A DNA stretch of 62,745 bases, from positions 1-62,745 of IMG/VR virus record IMGVR_UViG_3300030090_000213; one strand, 5' to 3'. Numbering within the stretch: position 1 is the stretch's first letter; each line of letters opens with the position of its first letter. The notes beneath the pieces are model-generated. The model worked only from the letters and a program-made list of their open reading frames with translations, searched no databases and was not told where the DNA came from. Below are positions 30,946 through 39,682 of this stretch, piece by piece. Origin of the DNA: a virus (Duplodnaviria; Caudoviricetes). A program made the position numbers and the translations under genes.

Positions 30946-31284
30946 TCATGCTCCATATCTCTTTCTTTCTTCTCTAGCATTAACCATTTTAGTTCTCCAT
31001 TCCTCAAACCCTACTTCTAAGGCTCTTAACTCAACCTTGACTGCACTTAGTTGACCTTTAGCAACCGCCACAGCTAACCTAGATTGATACACTTCTTCTT
31101 TGTTTTCTGCAAAGTTATCTTGACCACTTGCAGTTTTAATGCCCTCAGAAAGAGCAACAGCTTTCCATAAAGCTATTACTCTTTTAACATCTGCTTCTGA
31201 CTTTAATAACTCGTATTCTGCTTTCTGCATCATAGGAGCAATGTTTCTTATTTGAACTTGCCAATTCTCTATCTGTTCATCCAT
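30946..31284 (-). CDS. Hypothetical coiled-coil protein
   Basis: GGAG RBS before ATG at 31284. Confidence 0.6.
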   Translation of the reverse strand: MDEQIENWQVQIRNIAPMMQKAEYELLKSEADVKRVIALWKAVALSEGIKTASGQDNFAENKEEVYQSRLAVAVAKGQLSAVKVELRALEVGFEEWRTKMVNAREERKRYGA

Positions 31285-31465
31285 TAGCTTTTCTCCAACC
31301 AACAACTAAGAAATCTATATCTTCAAAGTTTTCATCTTCTAAAGCTTCATCGGGCAACCATTGAGATAGTTGTTCGTGAGATGTACCACCAAACCAAGCG
31401 AAGCCCTGTTCACTTTGCATTGGTTTCCAACCTTCTTTTCTAATATCTTTAATATTTGCTGACAT
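31277..31465 (-). CDS. Hypothetical protein
   Basis: 62-aa ORF with GGGGG/AAGGGGGA RBS, coupled to the next gene. Confidence 0.55.
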   Translation of the reverse strand: MSANIKDIRKEGWKPMQSEQGFAWFGGTSHEQLSQWLPDEALEDENFEDIDFLVVGWRKANG

Positions 31466-31646
31466 TTATTTCCCCCTTATATCTTTTTCGTTTACATAAA
31501 TTGTTGCTATCAATACTATTGAAAGTATTGAGTAAGAAATTATTTCAATTATTGTCATAACTACCTCACTCTGAAAATGTAAAACAAACATCTTAAACGC
31601 CATTCAGATAGATGGCGTAAGTGTTTTGGTATCTTTGTTCTATCCA

Positions 31647-31910
31647 TTATTCAATCCCCATCTTGTTTTTAAAGTGTTCATCTCTTGCTTCTTCTATCTT
31701 AAAAAACAGATAGTCCATAAGATGTTCGTGAGATGTAGTTCCAACACCATCTTTAACATCTTTAATTTGTTCAATCAAAGTTCTGTACGCAGACATAAAC
31801 TCAAAAAATATATACTCGTCTATGTTTTCTTCAATTTGCACTACCAAATCTTTTCCGTAGGTATATTTATCATCAGAAATGATTTGGGTTTTTCCACTTG
31901 GATTTGCCAT
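31647..31910 (-). CDS. Hypothetical protein
   Basis: 87-aa ORF with GGGAG RBS. Confidence 0.6.
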   Translation of the reverse strand: MANPSGKTQIISDDKYTYGKDLVVQIEENIDEYIFFEFMSAYRTLIEQIKDVKDGVGTTSHEHLMDYLFFKIEEARDEHFKNKMGIE

Positions 31911-32046
31911 TGTTCTTCTCCCTTTTATTTGGTTTATCTAAGTCTAGTGAATCAATGAGCAGATGTGATTCTATCCACTCATTTTTCACTCCCTCTTTCT
32001 TCAAAGCATCTTCCAATGCTTTCTTAAATGCTTTTGATTTACCCAT
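31873..32046 (-). CDS. Small hypothetical protein (57 aa, not in the ORF track)
   Basis: AAGGAGGGAG RBS; MGKSKAFKKALEDALKKEGVKNEW... Confidence 0.5.
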   Translation of the reverse strand: MGKSKAFKKALEDALKKEGVKNEWIESHLLIDSLDLDKPNKREKNNGKSKWKNPNHF

Positions 32047-32057
32047 TACTCCCTCCT

Positions 32058-32369
32058 TTAAAATGGAATTTCATCATCTGTAAAGGTTTCAATATCATCG
32101 CTTGAATCCTTTACTGGCTCTTCTTTAGGCTCTTCTTTCTTCTGTGGAATGTCTAATCTAGCATACTTGTATTCTTTGCCATTCTTAGAAGTTCTATTCC
32201 ATAAAGCCACTCTTAGTTCTCCAGTCCCGCCATCTTTGACAATACTGACTAATTCTTTAAGCATATCCCTACTAATAACTACCTTACCAGTCCAGTCGGG
32301 CTGTTTATCATTCTGTTTATAGTCATTAGTGTAGATTGCTCCATCACTTTGGTTTTTGTTGTCGTACAT
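32058..32369 (-). CDS. Putative single-stranded DNA-binding protein
   Basis: KQPDWTG, VALWNRTSKNG and acidic C-terminal tail ending DDEIPF; follows the Sak-like gene. Confidence 0.7.
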   Translation of the reverse strand: MYDNKNQSDGAIYTNDYKQNDKQPDWTGKVVISRDMLKELVSIVKDGGTGELRVALWNRTSKNGKEYKYARLDIPQKKEEPKEEPVKDSSDDIETFTDDEIPF

Positions 32370-32370
32370 A

Positions 32371-33081
32371 TTAATCCTCCTTTAGGTTTGATACGATTGT
32401 TTTAAGTTCACTATCCAAGTCAGCTTTCATATTAGGAAAGTTATCCCTCAATGTAGCCAAATCTTTAGTGTTATTTTTGTAGTAAGATGTCATAGCTTCT
32501 TTAGTCTTGCTAAGTTTTGACAACTCTAAAAAGCTTTTGACAAATAACTCCGCCCATTCTTCCGTGCCATAACCTTTATCTGCTTCAACATCCTCTGTTG
32601 GAGTTTCTACTGGTGTTGGCTCTTCTTTAACAGGTTTTTCTTTAACAGGCTTTTCTTTTTTAACAGGCTCTTTGTCTGCACTAGGTACATCTTCTCCCGC
32701 ATAGATATAATGACCAAGACCATACATGGCTAAACACTTAACCAAGCATCGCATCTTAGTATCATTAACTTGTCTTGAATTTGGGTTTTGTACTGCATTG
32801 TTCTTGTAGTCCATAACACTTAGTGTCATTTCTCTATTTAAGTTATCTATAGATACCCTACATCTAACTTCTGCTGTACCATCGGGATATTGAACATAAG
32901 GCACATCGCCCTCGCCTTGATAGAATAAGTATTGTGCTTGTGGATAATGCTCTTGCAAAACTCCCCATGCCCAAGCCCAAGATAAGTAAGATAAGTTCAT
33001 CTTCTTTTCTATTTTATCAGAACAATCTATCTTAGATAGCTTGTCCCACACTTCTTTATAAGTAAGTTCTTTATCACTCAT
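32371..33081 (-). CDS. Sak-like (Rad52 family, DUF1071) single-strand annealing protein
   Basis: LSYLSWAWAW...MRCLVKCLAMYGLGHYIYAGEDVP. Confidence 0.85.
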   Translation of the reverse strand: MSDKELTYKEVWDKLSKIDCSDKIEKKMNLSYLSWAWAWGVLQEHYPQAQYLFYQGEGDVPYVQYPDGTAEVRCRVSIDNLNREMTLSVMDYKNNAVQNPNSRQVNDTKMRCLVKCLAMYGLGHYIYAGEDVPSADKEPVKKEKPVKEKPVKEEPTPVETPTEDVEADKGYGTEEWAELFVKSFLELSKLSKTKEAMTSYYKNNTKDLATLRDNFPNMKADLDSELKTIVSNLKED

Positions 33082-33416
33082 TCGCTTTCTCCATAATAAA
33101 ATTCATATTCCCATTCGTATTTAGGGTTTTTGTGATGTTGCCACATTAATTCATACTCTTTTTCAGCATAATCTCCTAAAGGCATACCCTCTTCTGTTTG
33201 TTCATCTAAAACAGGTTTAACCTCTTCCCAGTTGTGTATATAAGAAATAGGTAGATAATCGCCTATACACCCAAATATTTCCCATTCAATACCTTTCTTT
33301 GTGCCAATTCCCACATCAATAATTTCTTCTGTTGACCATTCTTCCGTTAGCCAATAGATTATGTCTATGCTTAGTACCATCTTCTTTTTAATTGGTTTTG
33401 CTTGTAGTTCAATCAT
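33078..33416 (-). CDS. Hypothetical protein
   Basis: 112-aa coupled ORF. Confidence 0.55.
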   Translation of the reverse strand: MIELQAKPIKKKMVLSIDIIYWLTEEWSTEEIIDVGIGTKKGIEWEIFGCIGDYLPISYIHNWEEVKPVLDEQTEEGMPLGDYAEKEYELMWQHHKNPKYEWEYEFYYGESE

Positions 33417-34300
33417 TTGCTTTCCTCGTTATATTGATTACAAAATTCAGCCACATCACAATAGTTAGCACATCTAACGCACTCGCCTTTGGCTTCTACG
33501 ACTTTCAGCAACTTACTATCTTTATGACCACCTATATACTCATTAGCTTCTTCTTGGGTATCAAGCACTCTAACAGCAGTCTTTCTACCTTTCTTTTCCA
33601 CTCTATAAGTATCTTTTCTTCTCCACCTTTCTGCATCAGTACATAATGGAAGCTTATCATTGATAAGGTAATCCACTTCTGCTTCTTGATGGATTGAAAC
33701 TCTTTGTTTGATGAAAGCTTCTTGCTCTTCATCACTCCATAAATCTATATTTAAAACTGTAATTGGTGATGGCGGATAATCTCCACCGCTACGAAGATAC
33801 TGATTTTTGTTCCAGTCCCTAGCTATCGCAATAATATTTAACTGGTCTATAGTTTTTCCTGTGTTTTGCTTGTAGAGATACGCATAGATATTAAGTTGTT
33901 GTTCCCATTCTGCTTTACCCTCTTTCAAAGCAGATACAATAGACCAAACAGAAGTTACTTTGTAATCCTTTAGTGTGTTACTTTTAACATCTATGCTGTC
34001 TGTCTGACCACTAACAGTCCAGTCTTTAACTGTTGCAAACATTCTTTGTTCTGTAATGGTGTCCTCGTTATCCTCATTGGCTCTTTCTAATATGGTATGA
34101 ACTGATTGTCCTAGTAGTTTCCATATTTCATCTGATACATCTATTGTAAGCTTGTCGTAATGTTCTTGTGCCAATAATCTAATCCTTGGAGGTTGTAACA
34201 AACCAGTAGCAGATATAGTAGCCTTACCTCTGCTGTAGTTATCATTGTGTACCGCATTAATTATTTCTTGCGGGATGTTATGTTTATTCGTGTATTTCAC
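33413..34300 (-). CDS. PD-(D/E)XK exonuclease (Cas4/RecB-like)
   Basis: SATGL, G.SVH..LE, E.R...SGQTD...LKDYK, QLNIY and C-terminal C..C...C cluster. Confidence 0.8.
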   Translation of the reverse strand: MKYTNKHNIPQEIINAVHNDNYSRGKATISATGLLQPPRIRLLAQEHYDKLTIDVSDEIWKLLGQSVHTILERANEDNEDTITEQRMFATVKDWTVSGQTDSIDVKSNTLKDYKVTSVWSIVSALKEGKAEWEQQLNIYAYLYKQNTGKTIDQLNIIAIARDWNKNQYLRSGGDYPPSPITVLNIDLWSDEEQEAFIKQRVSIHQEAEVDYLINDKLPLCTDAERWRRKDTYRVEKKGRKTAVRVLDTQEEANEYIGGHKDSKLLKVVEAKGECVRCANYCDVAEFCNQYNEESK

Positions 34301-34472
34301 TTTCCAGTTTACTTTGACGAAACTCTAATTCTTCTTTTAGTTCTTTTGCTTCTACTTCCATACAAAAAACTATGTCTTGCATTTTTTGTACCATAGCTTT
34401 ACTTTCATCAAGTATCTTCTTGGCTTTAACAAGTTGCTCTTGAATAATATCCATGTCTTTTATAGCCTCCAT
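34284..34472 (-). CDS. Hypothetical coiled-coil protein
   Basis: 62-aa coupled ORF. Confidence 0.5.
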   Translation of the reverse strand: MEAIKDMDIIQEQLVKAKKILDESKAMVQKMQDIVFCMEVEAKELKEELEFRQSKLESEIHE

Positions 34473-34702
34473 ATGCCTACTCCATCTTCTAGTTGTCTTA
34501 CAGTAAATTTATAGTTAGGATGTTTGTGTGTAAACCTTAAACAAGCATTTCTAATTATCTTTACCTCAGAAGCTATCTTAGACTTCGCTAGAGGAACTTT
34601 TACAGTTTGTCCCTTGTTCATGTCCTCCAAGGGTAAGTCATACTTCCTAGGCTTTCCTACTCCTCTTGGTATAGGGATGCCATCTTTAATTTCAAATTCC
34701 AT
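34460..34702 (-). CDS. Small putative DNA-binding protein
   Basis: IKDGIPIPR...KYDLPLEDM..G...GVGIWR pattern; AGGAG RBS. Confidence 0.6.
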   Translation of the reverse strand: MEFEIKDGIPIPRGVGKPRKYDLPLEDMNKGQTVKVPLAKSKIASEVKIIRNACLRFTHKHPNYKFTVRQLEDGVGIWRL

Positions 34703-34705
34703 TTT

Positions 34706-34864
34706 TTATTCTCCTTTTGGTAAAAAATTAAGTTTGGTTGATAAACCTTTTACATAGTTTAAGTCCACATTTAACATAGTTCTAATGTGAGCCATTTGTT
34801 GTGGTGTGATTTTGTCTAACAAGATTTGTAGCAAAAGAATCTCTTTTTCATCTAGTGTTGTCAT
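34706..34864 (-). CDS. Small hypothetical protein (52 aa, not in the ORF track)
   Basis: AGGAGGG RBS; MTTLDEKEILLLQILLDKITPQQMAHIRTMLNVDLNYVKGLSTKLNFLPKGE. Confidence 0.55.
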   Translation of the reverse strand: MTTLDEKEILLLQILLDKITPQQMAHIRTMLNVDLNYVKGLSTKLNFLPKGE

Positions 34865-35230
34865 ATGCTTTCCCTCCTATAAATGCTAGTTTTTTTGGTT
34901 TGGGAGTTGTAAAACTAGCAAAACACTAGACCCGCAAATTATGGCTTTGTTGTTTTAGTCTGTACAAGCCACCTCGCAACGAGGAAAAATCAGACTGGTA
35001 ATTTAGTTATAGCAGTTTATAGTCGGCTAAACTTCATCTTGTAAACGACTTACCATCATCGCCATAAGAACAAATTCAGACTTGTAAGGCGTTGTTTATA
35101 GGATGCTTATATAAACCCATCCAACAGGAATATTCCTTTAAGTGCCTTCCTGTACTAATCGCTTAGTAGCACACCTCAACGACACCAAATTTAAACTCTT
35201 AGTTAGTTCAATCCTTTGATGTCTTATATA

Positions 35231-35258
35231 AGTGTAGTTGATGTGTTGATAATGTCAA
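35231..35258 (-). promoter_or_regulatory. Sigma70-like promoter for the leftward recombination operon
   Basis: TTGACA-16 nt-TACACT on the minus strand. Confidence 0.55.
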
Positions 35259-35280
35259 GAGTTTAATGTAATATATTTTA

Positions 35281-35574
35281 ATGCTTCAGACAGACCACAT
35301 TGATTCAGATACAGACCAAAAAACTTTAGATGGTCTTGTGGTTAAACAAGCTGTTAGAGATGTTGCTAGTAAACATCCTAAGTTATCTAACGAAGCTTTA
35401 TTATACTTTATGTCTGATGACTTTTCCAATTTATGCAATCGTAATGACATCCAATCAGATGGCATTGTAGAAGCAATTAAGGAATTAAATACCTATCCAG
35501 TATTATCTAAGAAGAGACTTGCAGAAGATGTCTGCGATATTGTTGATAAGTATTTTGGTATATATAGTAAGTAG
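35281..35574 (+). CDS. Hypothetical protein
   Basis: 97-aa ORF starting the rightward replication block. Confidence 0.6.
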   Translation: MLQTDHIDSDTDQKTLDGLVVKQAVRDVASKHPKLSNEALLYFMSDDFSNLCNRNDIQSDGIVEAIKELNTYPVLSKKRLAEDVCDIVDKYFGIYSK

Positions 35575-35587
35575 ATACTTACTATAT
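35562..35587. repeat. Perfect 12-bp inverted repeat upstream of the primase-helicase
   Basis: ATATAGTAAGTA-GA-TACTTACTATAT. Confidence 0.7.
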
Positions 35588-35644
35588 TTTAATATTAGGT
35601 AGTACATACTACATAGTAAGTATATACATACTATAGGAGGTTTC

Positions 35645-37426
35645 ATGTATGTCAAGAGCGAAATAGATAAAAGGGACTTTTTAAGTCATATAAATAATCA
35701 ATCAAGAACAAGCGGTATGAAGCTTGGTCAACATAAAATATTATGTCCCTCATGCCAAAGTGAGAGGAGTAAAAACAAACACGATAAACCTTTGTCAGTA
35801 AATATTGAAGCTGATAAGGTTATATATCATTGTCATCATTGCGGTATCAATGGTTTAGTATCAAGGAGAGAGGAATACCATATGAAATTAGTAAAACAAG
35901 AAGTAAAAAAAGAAGTAAAAAAACCAGTAGAAACACCAAAAAATATACCCAATGACAAAGCTAGTGATTGGTTGCAGGATAGAGGTATAAGTATTACAGC
36001 CTCAGAAACGGCAGGAGTCGTCCAGACGGAAAAAAATAATAAACCAGTCATTGGTTTTACCTTCGTTAGCGATGGAGAGGTGGAAGCAGTTAAGTATAGG
36101 AGTGCAAATGGGACAAAGAGTTTTTGGTGGGATGGGAACGCACAAAAGCTTTGGGGACAACAGGTTTATGATAGCAAATTGCCAACATTAGAAAGCACAA
36201 TCATCATAACTGAGGGAGAAATGGACACACTAGCTATCAAAACAGCCTTTGAGGGTGTGATGAATGTAGATTGTTATTCAGTTCCCAATGGTGCTCCAAA
36301 CAAGATTACTGATAACAAGATAGACCCAAGTGAAGATGGGAGATTTAAGTATGTATGGAATGATAGAGATAAGTTTGATGGTGTTGAAAGGGTTATTCTT
36401 TGCACAGATGCAGATGAAAACGGAAATATACTGGCAGATGAATTAGCTAGAAGATTAAACAAGGCTAGATGTTATAGAGTAAATAACCTTGATTGCAAGG
36501 ATGCTAATGATGTATTAATTAAACATGGAGCAGAAAAGTTAAGGGATGTAATTATAAACGCAGAGCCAATCCCATTACACGGATTAAATAACCTAGACCA
36601 TTATGCAGATGAATTTCAAAGCTTGTATGAAAAAGGTATGCCAAGTGGTGTATCAACAGGCTATTCAAGTGTAGATGAAATTTTTACCCTATCTACAGGT
36701 AATTTAGTTGTTACAACTGGTCATGCGGGAGATGGCAAGTCAGCCTTTATAGACCAACTTGTAGTCAATGTAGCTAGGAACAATGGGTGGAAAACTTGCT
36801 TCTGTTCGTTTGAAAAGCCAGTTCAACTTCATGCAGTTCAGTTATCTCAAATCCTTGTAGGTAAGCCATTTTTTGAGGGTTTTAACGCAAGAATGACCCA
36901 AGAAGAAAAAGACTTTGCAGAAACTTGGATAAGAGAACACATACTATTTCAAGATTATCAAGATGGTGGGTTGCCAACAATAGAAGCTATCCTAGAAAAG
37001 GGAGCAAGTGCAGTTATGAGATATGGTGTTAGGATTTTAGTCATAGACCCATTCAACTTTATACATACAGACCATACAGGATTAGAAACTGATATGGTTA
37101 GCGAAATGCTAACAAAGGTGCAACTGTTCGCAAAGCAACATGATGTATTAGTATTCTTTGTTGCACATCCAACTAAACCATTTATTAGGGATGGCAAAAA
37201 GAATGTATGTACAGGAGTTGATGTAGCTAAATCATATGCTTGGTTTAGTAAGGCTGATACAGGATTAACAGTCTATAGAGGAGAAGAGGGAGTTGAAATA
37301 CATAACTGGAAGGCTCGTTGGGGTTGGCAAGGTAAGTTAGGAAGTGTTAATATGACCTTTAATCCAGTCAATGGGAGATATGCAGAAATTGAAGAAGTTG
37401 AAGATAACTTTGACTGGGAGTTCTGA
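35645..37426 (+). CDS. Bifunctional DNA primase-helicase (T7 gp4/Twinkle-like)
   Basis: Zn finger CPSC...CHHC, TOPRIM ITEGEMD and DADENG, Walker A TGHAGDGKS, LVIDP, VAHP. Confidence 0.92.
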   Translation: MYVKSEIDKRDFLSHINNQSRTSGMKLGQHKILCPSCQSERSKNKHDKPLSVNIEADKVIYHCHHCGINGLVSRREEYHMKLVKQEVKKEVKKPVETPKNIPNDKASDWLQDRGISITASETAGVVQTEKNNKPVIGFTFVSDGEVEAVKYRSANGTKSFWWDGNAQKLWGQQVYDSKLPTLESTIIITEGEMDTLAIKTAFEGVMNVDCYSVPNGAPNKITDNKIDPSEDGRFKYVWNDRDKFDGVERVILCTDADENGNILADELARRLNKARCYRVNNLDCKDANDVLIKHGAEKLRDVIINAEPIPLHGLNNLDHYADEFQSLYEKGMPSGVSTGYSSVDEIFTLSTGNLVVTTGHAGDGKSAFIDQLVVNVARNNGWKTCFCSFEKPVQLHAVQLSQILVGKPFFEGFNARMTQEEKDFAETWIREHILFQDYQDGGLPTIEAILEKGASAVMRYGVRILVIDPFNFIHTDHTGLETDMVSEMLTKVQLFAKQHDVLVFFVAHPTKPFIRDGKKNVCTGVDVAKSYAWFSKADTGLTVYRGEEGVEIHNWKARWGWQGKLGSVNMTFNPVNGRYAEIEEVEDNFDWEF

Positions 37427-37919
37427 AACATTACAAGTTAATGACATTGGAAGTCCCTATCTACATTTCAGAAACCAAGTTGCAATAACCAAAATAGGTA
37501 AAAGCAAAGTTGGTAGGGCAATCGTGTTTGACCAACACATCATAGATAAATCTTTCCTAGAACAAAAACTAACAGCAGAACAGCACAATGTCTGTAATAA
37601 ATACCTTGAATTGATAGCAAAAAGTGGAGCTTTGGGAAAATCCTTCGGGCTGGGAAAAGAAATATTTACCAGTCATAGTTTTAATCAAGCTCCGCCAAGA
37701 GCTGTAATGCTTTCAAGAATACAGAAAAAACTTGTGAATGACTGTGGATATGAGAGAGAAAAGGTTTTTTGGAAGATTATGATAGATAATCCTAAAGAAA
37801 TATGCGAAACAAAGGAGTTAGTAATGCAAGAATGTTCTAATGCACTACTAACTTTTTGGTATATTAGTCAGAAAAATCCTGTTTCTTTGTTTCAACAATC
37901 CCTTGTAAGCCAAGTTTAG
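37371..37919 (+). CDS. Hypothetical protein
   Basis: 182-aa ORF overlapping the helicase end; true start uncertain. Confidence 0.55.
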   Translation: MGDMQKLKKLKITLTGSSETLQVNDIGSPYLHFRNQVAITKIGKSKVGRAIVFDQHIIDKSFLEQKLTAEQHNVCNKYLELIAKSGALGKSFGLGKEIFTSHSFNQAPPRAVMLSRIQKKLVNDCGYEREKVFWKIMIDNPKEICETKELVMQECSNALLTFWYISQKNPVSLFQQSLVSQV

Positions 37920-38127
37920 CTTCATAATTATCACTTGTAATCGCTCCACTAAAGATAGCTTTGCCCTCTTGTTCAGCAGTATCTTCTTCAATAGATATGT
38001 TCTGCTTATCAGCTTCACTATGTATCATATGAATAATTTGCTTGTTAAGTGAGCGACTTTCTTTCTTAGCCAAAGAATGTGCCAATTCGTAGGTTTCTTC
38101 CGAACATCTAATGAATAGACTTTTCAT
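37864..38127 (-). CDS. Arc-like ribbon-helix-helix transcriptional regulator
   Basis: MKSLFIRCSEETYELAHSLAKKESRSLNKQIIHMI matches the Arc/Mnt pattern (RSLN.QI); AAGGA RBS. Confidence 0.75.
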   Translation of the reverse strand: MKSLFIRCSEETYELAHSLAKKESRSLNKQIIHMIHSEADKQNISIEEDTAEQEGKAIFSGAITSDNYEAKLGLQGIVETKKQDFSD

Positions 38128-38422
38128 AGTTATCATCCTTAAAAATAATTTGCGGACTATCTTGCACTTCTGCAATAGCAACACTTTCTCTACCAACTTG
38201 ATAATACCTATCTTCTTCTAATTGCTTTATGGCACTTTCAATTAACCATTCGTTAGACATAATTAAAGGGTCATCTAAAAGAGATATAGCAAAGGCAAGA
38301 GCATCTAGTTCAGTTTCAAATATCCATACAAAATGTTTCCATTTAGCACTAGATTTAGTTGAATAAGCATTACTTGGCTCAGGTATATCTAAATGATATG
38401 TGTGTCTTATTACCGCATACAT
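38108..38422 (-). CDS. Hypothetical protein (possibly near-leaderless)
   Basis: ATG at 38422, about 8 nt below a TATAAT box. Confidence 0.55.
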   Translation of the reverse strand: MYAVIRHTYHLDIPEPSNAYSTKSSAKWKHFVWIFETELDALAFAISLLDDPLIMSNEWLIESAIKQLEEDRYYQVGRESVAIAEVQDSPQIIFKDDNYEKSIH

Positions 38423-38430
38423 AAGCAATT

Positions 38431-38459
38431 ATTATACTGCAAAATGCTATCAAAGTGAA
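38431..38459 (-). promoter_or_regulatory. Sigma70-like promoter for the hypothetical + Arc-like genes
   Basis: TTCACT-17 nt-TATAAT on the minus strand; spacer contains the TTTGATAGCA motif. Confidence 0.5.
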
Positions 38460-38716
38460 ATACATATTGTTCCACATGGAACATTTATCCTACTGCTGTG
38501 TTTCCGACACCCGTGGTATTTCCTGACAAAAATAAAATATTTACCAGTCTATTGTTTTACAACGCCTCATCACGCCTACTGCTGTATTATTAAACACTAC
38601 AGGTTTCTGTCATCTCTGGACTCAGGCTAAAAAAATATTATTTACCAGTCAGGGATTTTTTGATAGCAGGACTTGGTGGTATGTCAACTATCTTTATAGA
38701 CTATCAACCGACTACC

Positions 38717-38747
38717 AAAAAAAAAGGGACAATCTTGCGACTATCCC
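38717..38747 (-). terminator. Intrinsic terminator of the putative sRNA
   Basis: GGGAUAGUC-GCAA-GAUUGUCCC followed by U9. Confidence 0.8.
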
Positions 38748-38833
38748 TTTAAACTTATAAACATAAGCTTGGAGGTTAATATATGAAATTGTATTGGAAA
38801 TAAAATTAAAAAATCACGCAATCAAATATTAGT
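38717..38833 (-). ncRNA. Putative ~115-nt antisense sRNA complementary to the shared RBS of the early genes
   Basis: Bounded by a sigma70 promoter and an intrinsic terminator; contains UUUCAUAUAUUAACCUCCAAG; no ORF on this strand; 5' end estimated. Confidence 0.6.
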
Positions 38834-38839
38834 TTCAAT

Positions 38840-38868
38840 AATATAATGTATTTGATAGCAAATTGCAA
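38840..38868 (-). promoter_or_regulatory. Sigma70-like promoter of the putative sRNA
   Basis: TTGCAA-17 nt-TATATT on the minus strand. Confidence 0.6.
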
Positions 38869-38871
38869 GAG

Positions 38872-38914
38872 TTATTAACAACTTTTTAACACTTTTTCCA
38901 CAGACTTATCCACG
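38872..38914 (+). promoter_or_regulatory. DnaA-box-like array
   Basis: TTATTAACA, TTTTTAACA, TTTTCCACA (fits TTWTNCACA), TTATCCACG at 11-12-bp spacing. Confidence 0.4.
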
Positions 38915-39069
38915 GCTTAAAAACCAGTAAATATATTATCTTCAGTCCACTTCAGAAATATCAATGTCAACACGACCCCACCCCAAACAACACCAGTAAA
39001 AACAATATACCAGTAAATATTTTTACCATCAATTTTTTTGATGGTAAACACATCCACTTTTTTTAGACC

Positions 39070-39114
39070 AAAAAAAAAGGCGGGACACTACCTTTTACAG
39101 TAGCATCCCGCCTT
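39070..39114 (-). terminator. Intrinsic terminator closing the early operon
   Basis: GGCGGGAUGCUACU-loop-GGUAGUGUCCCGCC followed by U9, directly after the last ORF. Confidence 0.85.
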
Positions 39115-39121
39115 AATTTAT

Positions 39122-39424
39122 TTATATATCTTGCACTTCAACTTCTTCAATTTCATCTTTAGCTGTAAATCCAACAACCTCTACAATGTCATCATTAGCT
39201 GTAAATCCAAAATGTTTTGGGTTAGGGATGTTTAAGTTTTCCCTTTCCTTATATAAAACATCTTGCACTTTATGATTAATTGAAACCAAAGTATTAAAAT
39301 ATTTAACTAGAGCCAAATCAATATCTGATTTTTCTTCTAGTTCCCTATTAATCTTTGTATAGATTTCGTTGCAAGTTCCTATGTTTACTTTCAAAGTAAA
39401 TTCTAACAATTCCCTATTAGTCAT
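39122..39424 (-). CDS. Hypothetical early protein
   Basis: 100 aa, ATGA-coupled to the upstream gene; short duplicated GFTA.D.I.EV motif. Confidence 0.6.
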   Translation of the reverse strand: MTNRELLEFTLKVNIGTCNEIYTKINRELEEKSDIDLALVKYFNTLVSINHKVQDVLYKERENLNIPNPKHFGFTANDDIVEVVGFTAKDEIEEVEVQDI

Positions 39425-39648
39425 TCTAAACCCCCCATACCTTTTAATGTTCCAAAACTATGGGTAAGAACAAATTCATCATCATCTAAATTAGTATCAA
39501 GTTCTGCAGATAACAACTCGTTAAATTCTTTTGGATTTTCTTCTTTAAGTGTTTCTGCCATTTCAATACATCCCTTAAAAGATGATATATTGTCTGTTGC
39601 TTGAAATAATATTTCTGCAACTGTTTCTATGTCGTTATTAATACTCAT
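39421..39648 (-). CDS. Hypothetical acidic early protein
   Basis: 75 aa; CTTGGAGG RBS. Confidence 0.65.
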   Translation of the reverse strand: MSINNDIETVAEILFQATDNISSFKGCIEMAETLKEENPKEFNELLSAELDTNLDDDEFVLTHSFGTLKGMGGLE

Positions 39649-39682
39649 AATAATTACCCCTCCAAGGGCAGTTAAGTTAAAT

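Noticed and set aside
38768-38803. Plus-strand mini-ORF MKLYWK with a GGAGG RBS
   Set aside because: Only 6 codons and no plus-strand promoter seen; promoter and terminator both point leftward, so the antisense RNA reading is preferred (not formally excluded)
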